Assembly (NCBI RefSeq): GCF_963921235.1
Contig: NC_086100.1
Location: forward strand, 200,138,001-200,202,000
Length of the DNA: 64,000 nt
DNA from: Mobula hypostoma
Lineage: Eukaryota
Direction: 5' to 3'
The notes under the pieces: model-generated
Databases searched by the model: none
What the model saw: only the letters and a program-made list of their open reading frames with translations
What the model was told of the DNA's origin: nothing
In this document: positions 34,955 to 46,800 of the stretch, piece after piece
Position numbering within the stretch: position 1 is the first letter of the stretch
Layout of the letters: each line of letters begins with the position of its first letter
Made by a program: the position numbers and the translations under genes

Positions 34955-36834
34955 AACAGCATTTTGATATATACTTATCGGCGATCAGATCGGATAAAAA
35001 ACCGGAAACACTAAAGCTGCGATTCTACTCCATGTAACAGGTGACGACGCAATTGAGGTATATAACCATTTTCCTTTTGAAAATGCAGATAATTTGAATC
35101 TAAAAGCGATAATGAATAAATTTGAAGTATTTTGTATACTGAAGCGTAATGTGACGTATGAGCAGCACAAACTTTTCAAATGTTGGCAGGGAGCTGGTCA
35201 AACGATTGATCAATTTGTTACGGAGTCGAGGCATCACAGTAAAACACGCGAGTTTGCAGAACTGACAGACTCTCATTAAAGACAGAATTGTTTGTGGCAT
35301 TCTGGATAATGCTCTGAGAGAAAGAGCAAAACTTAAATCTGGGAAAAGCTTTGGCGCTCTGCAAAGCTTCCGGAACCGTGATGTCGCAGGCTAAAGAGTT
35401 TTTTATTGAGAACTGCAACATACACTCTGTGCGCAAACATATCAGAAAAAATAATGGAGCAACAATGAAACCGACAGAGAACAAGACATCATGTGATCGC
35501 TATGGGCAGCAGCACTGACCAAAAAAATGTCCAGCGTACAGGAAAATGTGCAACGATTGTGGTAAGAGTAATCTTTTTTCACGCTGTTGCAGAAGTAGAA
35601 AGGAAATAAAACAAGTAAATGCAGTGCTTGAAAATAAATGTTAGGAGTTTATATAGATGTGCTTTGTGAAAACAAACAAAGTAAGAATGACTGGACTATT
35701 CCATTGCAAGTGAACCAAGACAATATTTGTTTAAACTGCATACTGGAGCACAAGTAAATGTTCTTGCAGAATCGGAGTTTAATGTATTAAAGCCAAGACC
35801 AAAGTTACATCAGACAAATATAAAAGCAATTGGGTATTCAGGTGCAGACATTCTAGTTAAAGGAACATTTATGGCAAAAGTATCACACAAAAATACTGTG
35901 CACACGCTTTCATTTGTGGTTGTACCAAAAATGTACAGTCAATACTGGATCTATCTGCCTGTAAGAGACTGAATTTGGTGAAAAGATTCATAGTCCTGGA
36001 CAGTGACACAGAGTCAGAATATGGTGACTTGACAAAAAAGCAAGAGAGAACAGAATTTAATTCCAATGTGGCAAAAGTAAAAGAAGTCATAAAGCAAGCT
36101 CCCAGACCCATCCCTTTGTTATCAGCATCTGACAAAGCTTTGCCACCAAAACCAAACTTGCCGGTAGAGTACAATAAAGATCTGAAGCCAAAGAGTGACA
36201 AGAATCAGGATCCAATTGAAGAAGTGAAAGCACAAGTGAAGGAACTGAGAAGTTTTATTGAAATGATGAAGTCTCAGCATAAAAAAGAGATTACACAGTT
36301 ATGAATTAGATGAAGAAAACAAGATTCGTATTTCATTACAAATGGAAGTGAAGGAATTAAGAAAGCTACAGTGCTTGAAGAAGTACAACCCAGATCGTAC
36401 ATGGCCCAACAGAAGAAGGAGCGGTGTTAAGAAGAAATCGCAAAGACCTCAAGAAAGAGCCAACTTCAGAGTTTCAGGTAACTGATGCAGACCAGGCAAA
36501 ACAAGGAAATAACAACAAAACATAAGAACTGTGTGAACCACTTAGAAGGTCTACTCGTGTTCATAAACCCCCAGAGAGACTGATAGAGAAGTGTTAAATA
36601 TGTATTTGTTCTAATCAATGTTACTAATTGTTTTTCTTTTTAAGGAAAGGAAGATGTGGTGATATCACATGTCAGAACGTGATTGGACAGAGTTCGGAGC
36701 ATGCGCAGAAATGAGAGAATGATCTAGAAGCATGGCAGTGTAAAATGTGGTTTTGGTTGTTCCTAATAAAAATTCAATTCTTCCAGAATATGGTTTGTTA
36801 TTAATAACACACGGTATGTATAAAGAACATAACA
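34955..36834 (+). mobile_element. Second Gypsy element: 5'-truncated, lacking RT/RNase H/integrase core
   Basis: gag (AAILLHVTGDDAIEVYN..KRNVTYEQHKLF, IKDRIVCGI, decayed zinc knuckles), protease FKLHTGAQVNVL, integrase tail PRSY..LRRNRKDL and RRSTRVHKPPERL, PPT 36642-36654, LTR 36655-36834 (TGT..AATAAA..ACA). Confidence 0.85.
36032..36367 (+). pseudogene. Captured fragment of a CD2AP/SH3KBP1(CIN85)-family gene (C-terminal coiled coil)
   Basis: IEEVKAQVKELRSFIEMMKSQHKKEITQL / frameshift / ELDEENKIRISLQMEVKELRK resembles the CIN85/CD2AP C-terminus as I recall it; no database search was run. Confidence 0.78.
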
Positions 36835-39200
36835 GCCCACTCCACTCCAACCCACCTCTCTCTCCCTACTCCCCACCCACACATCTCTACCTCCCCACTC
36901 CTCACCTATCCATCACTCTTACTCCTCTCCCGACCCAAAAACCCTGCTCCCACCACTCCCCACCCAACTCCCACTCCGCACTCCCCACCCACCCACCTCT
37001 CTCCCCACTCCTCACCCACCCACCTCTCTCCCCACTCCTCACCCACCTACCTCTCTCTCCCTACTCTCCACCCACCCACCTCTCTCCCCAATCCGCATAC
37101 ATCCTCCTCTCTCTCCCCACTACCCACTCCCCTCTCTCCCCACTCCCCACCCACCTCCTCTCTCTCCCCACTAACCACCCGCCTCTCTCTCCCCACTCCC
37201 CACCCACCCACCTCTCTCTCCCCACTCCGCACCCACACATCTCTACCTCCCCACTCCTCACCTATCCATCACTCTTACCCCTCTCCCGACCCAAAAACCC
37301 TGCTCCCACCACTCCCCACCCAACTCCCACTCCGCACTCCCCACCCACCCACCTCTCTCACCACTCCTCACCCACCTACCTCTCTCCCCACTCCGCATAC
37401 ATCCTCCTCTCTCTCCCTACTCTCCATCCACCCCCCTCTCTCTCCCCACTCCCCACCCACCCCCCTCTCTCTCCCCACTCCACACCCACCCCCCTCTCTT
37501 TCCCCACTCTCCACCCACCCACCTCTCTCTCCCCACTCCCCACCCACCTCTCTCCCCACCCCTCACCCACCTACCTCTCTCTCCCCACCCCTCACCCACC
37601 TACCTCTCTCTCCCCACTCCTCACCCACCCACCTCTCTCTCCCTACTCTCCACCCACCCACCTCTCTCCCCAATCCGCATACATCCTCCTCTCTCTCCCC
37701 ACTACCCACTCCCCTCTCTCCCCACTCCCCACCCACCTCCTCTCTCTCCCCACTAACCACCCGCCTCTCTCTCCCCACTCCCCACCCACCCACCTCTCTC
37801 TCCCCACTCCGCACCCACACATCTCTACCTCCCCACTCCTCACCTATCCATCACTCTTACCCCTCTCCCGACCCAAAAACCCTGCTCCCACCACTCCCCA
37901 CCCAACTCCCACTCCGCACTCCCCACCCACCCACCTCTCTCCCCACTCCTCACCCACCCACCTCTCTCCCCACTCCTCACCCACCTACCTCTCTCTCCCT
38001 ACTCTCCACCCACCCACCTCTCTCCCCAATCCGCATACATTCTCCTCTCTCTCCCCACTACCCACTCCCCTCTCTCCCCACTCCCCACCCACCTCCTCTC
38101 TCTCCCCACTAACCACCCGCCTCTCTCTCCCCACTCCCCACCCACCCACCTCTCTCTCCCCACTCCGCACCCACACATCTCTACCTCCCCACTCCTCACC
38201 TATCCATCACTCTTACCCCTCTCCCGACCCAAAAACCCTGCTCCCACCACTCCCCACCCAACTCCCACTCCGCACTCCCCACCCACCCACCTCTCTCACC
38301 ACTCCTCACCCACCTACCTCTCTCCCCACTCCGCATACATCCTCCTCTCTCTCCCTACTCTCCATCCACCCCCCTCTCTCTCCCCACTCCCCACCCACCC
38401 CCCTCTCTCTCCCCACTCCACACCCACCCCCCTCTCTTTCCCCACTCTCCACCCACCCACCTCTCTCTCCCCACTCCCCACCCACCTCTCTCCCCACCCC
38501 TCACCCACCTACCTCTCTCTCCCCACCCCTCACCCACCTACCTCTCTCTCCCCACCCCTCACCCACCTACCTCTCTCTCCCCACTCCTCACCCACCCACC
38601 TCTCTCTCCCTACTCTCCACCCACCCACCTCTCTCCCCAATCCGCATACATCCTCCTCTCTCTCCCCACTACCCACTCCCCTCTCTCCCCACTCCCCACC
38701 CACCTCCTCTCTCTCCCCACTAACCACCCGCCTCTCTCTCCCCACTCCCCACCCACCCACCTCTCTCTCCCCACTCCGCACCCACACATCTCTACCTCCC
38801 CACTCCTCACCTATCCATCACTCTTACCCCTCTCCCGACCCAAAAACCCTGCTCCCACCACTCCCCACCCAACTCCCACTCCGCACTCCCCACCCACCCA
38901 CCTCTCTCACCACTCCTCACCCACCTACCTCTCTCCCCACTCCGCATACATCCTCCTCTCTCTCCCTACTCTCCATCCACCCCCCTCTCTCTCCCCACTC
39001 CCCACCCACCCCCCTCTCTCTCCCCACTCCATCACCCACGCCCCTCTCTTTCCCCACTCTCCACCCACCCACCTCTCTCTCCCCACTCCCCACCCACCTC
39101 TCTCCCCACCCCTCACCCACCTACCTCTCTCTCCCCACCCCTCACCCACCTACCTCTCTCTCCCCACTCCTCACCCACCCACCTCTCTCTCCCCACTCTA
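36835..39200. repeat. C-rich minisatellite with higher-order duplications
   Basis: Marker cgacccaaaaaccctgctccc at 36931, 37287, 37869, 38225 and 38836. Confidence 0.9.
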
Positions 39201-39469
39201 CACCCACCCACCACTCTCTCCTCACTCTCCACCTACCCACCACTCTCACCTCTCTCTCACCCACAAACCCCGCTTGCATCACTCCCCTACCACATCTCAC
39301 TCCCTAGATCCCTCCCACTGACAGAGCTATCTCTCCCCACTCCTCAAGCACCCTCCTCTCTCTTCCCACTTCCCACCCACCTTTCTGTCTTCTCCCTACT
39401 CCCCCATCCTCCTCTCTCTCCCCACCAACCCTCCTCTCTCTCTCTCCCACTCCCCAGCCAACCACCTCT

Positions 39470-39582
39470 CTCCTCCCCCTCCCTCTCTCTCTCCGCTCTC
39501 CCCCTCCCCCTCTCTCCCCTCCCTCTCCCCTATCCCCCCCTCCACCTCCCTCTCCCCCCTCTCTCTCTACAGTATACCTCCA

Positions 39583-39616
<34 letters not shown>

Positions 39617-39655
39617 TCTCTCTCTCTATCTCTCTATCTCTCTCTATCTCTCTGT
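39470..39655. repeat. (CT)n/(CTAT) microsatellite
   Basis: Direct inspection. Confidence 0.85.
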
Positions 39656-39656
39656 A

Positions 39657-39850
39657 TCCTGGTTTTACAGAGAGATTCGGAGCTTTCACTTTCAATCTCA
39701 CCCACAGAACAACATTTGCTCATCAAACAAATCACGTGACTGCAGAGTCAAACAGACCTTCAGCCCAACATATCCATGCTATCCAGCAACCACCTGTCTG
39801 TACTGATCCCAATTAACAGCACAAATCCTCGAGACGCTCCACCCTCCACC
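39657..39850 (-). promoter_or_regulatory. Candidate interferon-responsive module, copy 1 (IRF-E/ISRE plus E-box)
   Basis: GAAAGTGAAAGCT on minus (39681-39693); GTCACGTGA E-box (39732-39740). Confidence 0.55.
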
Positions 39851-40616
39851 CACTCACCTCTCTCACCCCACTCCCCACCCACCTCTCTCTCCCCCCTCTC
39901 TCCGCCACCCACCTCTCTCTCCCCCCATTTGCCACCCACCCACCTTTCTCTCCCCACTCCCCACCCCCACCCTCCCCTTTCTCCTCACTCCCCACCCACC
40001 CCTCTCTCCCCACCTTGGACCAACTCAGCTTCCCCCATCCACTCGGTGGATATTTCTCTCCCCACCCCTCTCTACCGCCCCAACTCACCCATCCCTCTCG
40101 ACCAGCCGCTGCCCCACTCCCATTACACACCACACCCCAGCCCTCTCTCACCATCTCTTTCTTACTCACTCCTTATCCCCGTCTCCCCACGTCTGTTCCC
40201 TGATTCAATCCTCTCCATCTCCAGCACTGACTGAGAGTCACTGACTTGAATCACAATCTTTGTTCTTCTCTCTCTGCAGATGCTGCCCGACCTGGTGAGT
40301 CTAAGCAGCAGTTTCCAATTTTACCTCAGATTTCCAGTGTCTGCAGTTTCCTGACGAGCTGCTGTTAGCCGAAGGTTCGTGGTGTGGGACACACAGGTTG
40401 AAGTGATGCCACCAGAGAAATGAAGTTAGCTTTCTTCAATCTGAAGAAATAATATTTGGTAGAAGGGTGAACTGAATTCCAGAGACAACAGTGAATCAGT
40501 CTAAACCAAACTGTAAAACAGCAAAAGGCAGAGAGAGTGATGAACCAGCTGCTTCTGTCAGTGACCCGGCCAGAGACTGACTGGTTCAGACTCTCAGTGT
40601 GATCTCCGCTGATACC

Positions 40617-40815
40617 GTACCCTGTTTACAGAGAAATTCAGAGCTTTCACTTTCAACCCCACCCACATCCTCTGACTTTCAGAGAAATCACATGACTGTC
40701 TCTACAGAGTCAAACAGACCTTCAGCCCAATATTTTCGTGCTGACCGGTAGCTACCAGTCCGTACTGATCCCAAGTAACAGCACAAATCCTCGAGACACC
40801 CCACCCTCCACCCAC
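40617..40815 (-). promoter_or_regulatory. Candidate interferon-responsive module, copy 2 (IRF-E/ISRE plus GAS plus E-box variant)
   Basis: GAAAGTGAAAGCT on minus (40642-40654); TTCAGAGAA (40678-40686); CACATG (40689-40694). Confidence 0.6.
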
Positions 40816-43800
40816 TCTCCTCTCTCCCCACTCCCCACCTACACAACTCTCCCTCCCCACTCACCACCCACTCCCCTCCCTCTTCTCACTCCTCACCCAC
40901 CCACCTCCCTCTGCCCTCTCCCCACCAACTCCCCTCTCTCCCCACTCCCCACTCCCCACCCACTCTCCTCTCTCTCCCCACCCACTCTCCTCTCTCTCCC
41001 CCCTCCACACCCACACCCCTCTCTCTCCCCACACCCCACCCACTCTCTTCTCTCTCCCCACCCTCTCTCCTCTCTCTCCCCCCTCCACACCCACACCCCT
41101 CTCTCTCCCCACACCCCACCCACTCTCTTCTCTCTCCCCACCCTCTCTCCCCACCCTCTCTCCTCTCACCCCACTCCCCACCTACTCCTCTCTTTCCCCA
41201 CCCACTCCCCTCTCTCTCCCCACCCACACTCCTCTCTCCCCACCCACTCTCCTCTCTCTCCCCACTCTCCTCTCTCTCCCCACCCACACTCCTCTCTCCC
41301 CACCCACTCTCCTCTCTCTCCCCACTCACTCTCCTCTCTCTCCCCCACTCCACACCCACACCCCTCTCTCTCCCCAAACCCCACCCACTCTCTTCTCTCT
41401 CCCCACCCTCTCTCCTCTCTCCCCACTCTCCACCCTCTCCCCTCTCTCCCCACTCTCCACCCACTCTCCTCTCTCTCCCCACTCCCCACCCACTCCCCCC
41501 ACTGCCCACCCACTCTCCTCTCTCTCCCCACTCCACACGCACTCTCCTCTCTCTCCCCAGTCCCCACCCACTCTCCTCTCTCTCCCCCAGTCCCCACCCA
41601 CTCTCCTCTCTCTCCCCACCCACTCTCCTCTCTCTCCCCACTCCACACGCACTCTCCTCTCTCTCCCCAGTCCCCACCCACTCTCCTCTCCCTCCCCCAG
41701 TCCCCACCCACTCTCCTCTCTCTCCCCACCCACTCTCCTCTCTCTCCCCACTCACTCTCCTCTCTCTCCCCCACTCCACACCCACACCCCTCTCTTTCCC
41801 CACACCCCACCCACCCTCTTCTCTCTCCCCACCCTCTCTCCTCTCTCCCCACTCTCCACCCTCTCCCCTCTCTCCCCACTCCCCACCCACTCTCCTCTCT
41901 CTCCCCACCCACTCTCCTCTCCCTCCCCACTCCACACCCACACCCCTCTCTTTCCCCACACCCCACCCACCCTCTTCTCTCTCCCCACCCTCTCTCCTCT
42001 CTCACTACTACCCACCCACTCTGCTCTCTCTCCCCACACCCCACCCACTCTCTCCTCTCTCCCCACCCTCTCTCCTCTCTCCCCACTCCCCAGCCACTCT
42101 CCTCTCTCCCCACTCCCTACCCACTTTCCTCTCTCTCCCCACCTACTCCCCTCTCTCTCCCCACTCCCCACCCACTCTCCTCTCTCTCCCCACTCCCCAC
42201 CCACTCTCCTCTCTCCCCACTCGCCACCCACTCTCTTCTCTCTCCCCACCCACTCTCCTCTCTCTCCCCATCTCCCCACTCACTCTCCTCTCTCCCCCCA
42301 CTCCACACCCACTCTCCTCTCTCCCCACTCCCAACCCACTCTCCTCTCTCTCCCCACACCCCACCCACTCTCCTCTCTCCCCACTCCCCACCCACGCTCC
42401 TCTCTCTCCACTCCGCACCCACTCTCCTCTCTCTCCCCACTCACCACCAACTCCCCACTCTCTCCCCCACTCCCCACTCTCTCCCCCACTCCCCACCCAC
42501 TCTCCTCTCTCTCCCCACCCACTCTCCTCTCTCTCCCCACTCCCCACTCACTCTCCTCTCTCTCCCCACTCCCCACCCACTCTCCTCTCTCTCTCCACTC
42601 CCCACCCACACTCCTCTCTCTCCAATCCCCACCCACTCTCCCCACTCCCCACCCACTCTCCTCTTTCTCCGCTCTCCCCACTCACTCTCCTCTCTCTCCC
42701 CACTCCCCACCCACACTCCTCTCTCTCCCCACTCCCCACCCACTCTCCTCTCTCCCCACTCCCCACCCACTCTTCTCTCTCCCCACCCACTCTCCTCTCT
42801 CTCCCCACTCCCCACCCACTCACCAACCACTCTTTTCTGTCTCCCCACTCCCCACCCACTCTCCTCTCTCTGCCCCCACTCCCCACTCACTCTCCTCTTT
42901 CCCCACTCCCCACCCACTCTCCTCTCTCTCCCCACTCCCCACTCACTCTCCTCTCTTTCCCCACTCTCCACCCACTCTCCTCTCTCTCCCCACTCCCCAC
43001 CCACTCTCCTCTCTCCCCACTCCCCACCCACTCTCCTCTCTCTCCACACTCCCTACCCTCTCTCTCCCCACTCGCCACCCACTCTCCTCTCTCACCCCAC
43101 TCCCCACCCACTCTCCTCTCTCTCCACTCCGCACCCACTTTCATCTCTCTCCCCACCCACTTTCCTCTCTCTCCCCACTCACTTTCCTCTCTCTCTCCAC
43201 TCCCCACCCACACTCCTCTCTCCCCACCCACTCTCCTCTCTCTCCACTCCGCACCCACTTTCATCTCTCTCCCCACCGACTCTCGTCTCTCTCCCCACCC
43301 ACTTTCCTCTCTCCCCACTCCACACTCACACTCCTCTCTTCCCACTCCCCACCCAATCTCGTCTCTCTCCCCACTCTCCACACACTCTCCTCTATCTCCC
43401 CACTCCCCACCCACATTCTATTCTCGCCCCACTCCACACCCACTCTCCTCTCTCTCCACTCCCCACCCCTCTCCTGTCTCCCCACTCCACACCCACTCAC
43501 CTCTCTCTCCCCATTCCCCACCCACTTTCCTCTCTCTCCCCACTCCACACCCACTCTCCTCTCTCCCCACTCCACACCCACTCGCCTCTCTCTCCCCACT
43601 CCCCACCCACTTTCCTCTCTCTCCCCACTCCACACCCACTCTCCTCTCTCTCCCCATTCCCCACCCACTTTCCTCTCTCTCCCCACTCCACACCCACTCT
43701 CCTCTCTCCCCACTCCACACCCACTCGCCTCTCTCTCCCCACTCCCCACCCACTTTCCTCTCTCTCCCCACTCCACACCCACTCTCCTCTCTCCCCACTC

Positions 43801-46800
43801 CCCACTCACTTTCCTCTCTCTCTCCACTCCCCACCCACACTCCTCTCTCCACTCCCCACCCACGCTCCCCACTCCCCACCTACTCTCCTCTCTCTCCCCA
43901 CTCACTCTCCTCTCTCTCCCCACTCCCCACCCACTTTCCTCTCTCTCCCCACTCCACACCCACTTTCCTCTCTCTCCCCACTCCACACTCACACTCCTCT
44001 CTCCCCACTCCCCACCCAATCTCCTCTCTCTCCCCAATCCCCACCCACTCTCCTCTCTCTCTGCTCCCCACCCACTCTCCTCTCTCTCCACTCCCCACCG
44101 ACTCTCCTCTCTCTCCCCACTCCCCACCCACTCTCCTCTCTCTCCCCACTCACTCTCCTCTCTCCCCACTCCCCACTCCCCCCCACTCTCCTCTCTCCCC
44201 ACTCCCTCCCATTCTCCTCTCTCTCCCCACTCCCCACCGACTCTCCTCTCTCCCCCCACTCCCCACTCACTCTCCCCTCTCCCAACTCCCCACCCAATCT
44301 CCTCTCTCTCCCCACTCCCCACCCACTCTCCTCTCTCTCCCCACTCCCCACCCACTCTCCTCTCTCTCCCCACTCCACACCCACTCTCCTCTCGCATCAC
44401 ACCCCACCCACTCTCCTCTCTCTCCCCACTCCCCACCAACTTTCCTCTCTCTTCCCACTCCCCACCCACTCTCCTCTCTCTCCCCACTCCACTCCCACTC
44501 TCCTCTCTACCCACTCCACACTCACAATCCTCTCTCCCCACTCCCCACCCACTCTCCTCTCTCCTCACTCCCCACCCACTTTCCATTCTCTCCCCACTCC
44601 CCACCCACTCACCAACCACTTTTCTCTCCCCACTCCTCACCCGCTCTCTTCTCTCTCCCCACTCACTCTCCTCTCTCCCCCACTCCCCACTCCCCCCCAC
44701 TCTCCTCTCTCCCCACTCCCTCCCATTCTACTCTCTCTCCCCACTCCCCACCCACTCTCCTCTCTCCCCCCACTCCCCACTCACTCTCACCTCTCCGAAC
44801 TCCCCACCCACTCTCCTCTCTCTCCCCACTCCACACCCACTCTCCTCTCTCATCACTCCCCACCCACTCTCCTCTCTCGCCACTCCCCACCCACTCTCCT
44901 CTCTCTCCCCACTCCCCACCAACTTTCCTCTCTCTTCCCACTCCCCACCCACTCTCCTCTCTCTCCCCACTCCACACCCACTCTCCTCTCTCCCCACTCC
45001 ACACCCACTCTCCTCTCTCTCCCCACTCCCCACCCACTCTCCTCTCTCTCCCACTCCCCACTCACTCTACTCTCTCTCCCCAATCCGCACCCACTCTCCT
45101 CTCTCTCCCCACTCCCCACCCACTATCCTCTCTCTCCCCACTCTCCACACACTCTCCTCTATCTCCCCACTCCCCACCCACATTATATTCTCTCCCCACT
45201 CCACACCCACTCTCCTCTCTCTCCACTCCCCAACCCTCTCCTCTCTCCCCACTACACACCCACTTGCCTCTCTCTCCCCACTCCCCACCCACTTTCCTCT
45301 CTCTCCCCACTCCACACCCACTCTCCTCTCTCCCCACTCCACACCCACTCGCCTCTCTCTCCCCAGTCCCCACCCACTCTCCTCTCTCCCCACTCCCCAC
45401 TCACTCTCCTCTCTCTCCCCACTCCCCACTTCACACCCACTCTCCTCTCTCTCCACACTCCCCGCCCACTCTCCTCTCTCCCCACTCCACACCCACTCTC
45501 CTCTCTCCCCACTCCCCACCCACTATCCTCTCTCCCCCCACTCTCCACACACTCTCCTCTATCTCCCCACTCCCCACCCACATTCTATCCACTCCCCACT
45601 CCACACCCACTCTCCTCTCTCTCCACTCCCCATCCCTCTCCTCTCTCCCCACTCCACACCTACTCGCCTCTCTCTCCCCACTCCCCACCCACTTTCCTCT
45701 CTCTCCCCACTCCACACCCACTCTCCTCTCTCCCCACTCCACACCCACTCGCCTCTCTCTCCCCACTCCCCACCCACTCTCCTCTCTCCCCACTCCCCAC
45801 TCACTCTCCTCTCTCTCCCCACTCCCCACTCACTCTCCTCTCTCTCCCCACTCCCCACTCCACACCCACTCTCCTCTCTCTCCCCACTCCCCGCCCACTC
45901 TCCTCTCTCCCCACTCCCTACCCACTCTCCACTCTCCCCACTCCTCACTCCTCACCAACTCTCCTCTCTCTCCCCACTCAATACCCACTCTCCTCTCTCT
46001 CCCCACTCCCCGCCCACTCTCCTCTCTCCCCACTCCCTACCCACTCTCCACTCTCCCCACTCCTCACTCCTCACCAACTCTCCTCTCTCTCCCCACTCAA
46101 CACCCACTCTCCTCTCTCTCCCCACTCACTCGCCTCTCTCTCCCAGCTCCCTCTCCTCTCTCTACCCACTCCACACCCACTCTCCTCTCTCCCCACTCCA
46201 CACCCACTCTCCTCTCTCTCCCCACTCCCCACCCACTCTCCTCTCTCCCCACTCCACACCCACTTTCCTCTCTCTCCCCACTCCCCACCCACTCTCCTCT
46301 CTCTCCCCACTCCCCAGCCACTCTCCTCTCTCCCCACTCCACACCCACTCGCCTCTCTCTCCCCACTCCCCACCCACTTTCCTTCTCGCCCCACTCCACA
46401 CCCACTCTCCTCTCTCCCCACTCCACACCCACTCGCCTCTCTCTCCCCACTCCCCACCCACTCTCCTCTCTCCCCACTCCCCACTCACTTTCCTCTCTCT
46501 CTCCACTCCCCACCCACACTCCTCTCTCCACTCCCCACCCACGCTCCCCACTCCCCACCTACTCTCCTCTCTCTCCCCACTCCACACCCACTCTCCTCTC
46601 TCTCCCCACTCCCCACTCACTCTCCTCTATCTCCCCACTCCCCACTCCACACCCACTCTCCTCTCTCTCCCCACTCCCCGCCCACTCTCCTCACTCCCCA
46701 CTCCACACCCACTCTCCTCTCTCCCCACTCCCTACCCACTCTCCACTCTCCCCATTCTTCACTCCTCACCAACTCTCCTCTCTCTCCCCACTCAACACCC

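Noticed and set aside
36747..38723. 658-aa ORF and many minus-strand G/E/R/W-rich ORFs in the repeats
   Set aside because: Same compositional artefact.
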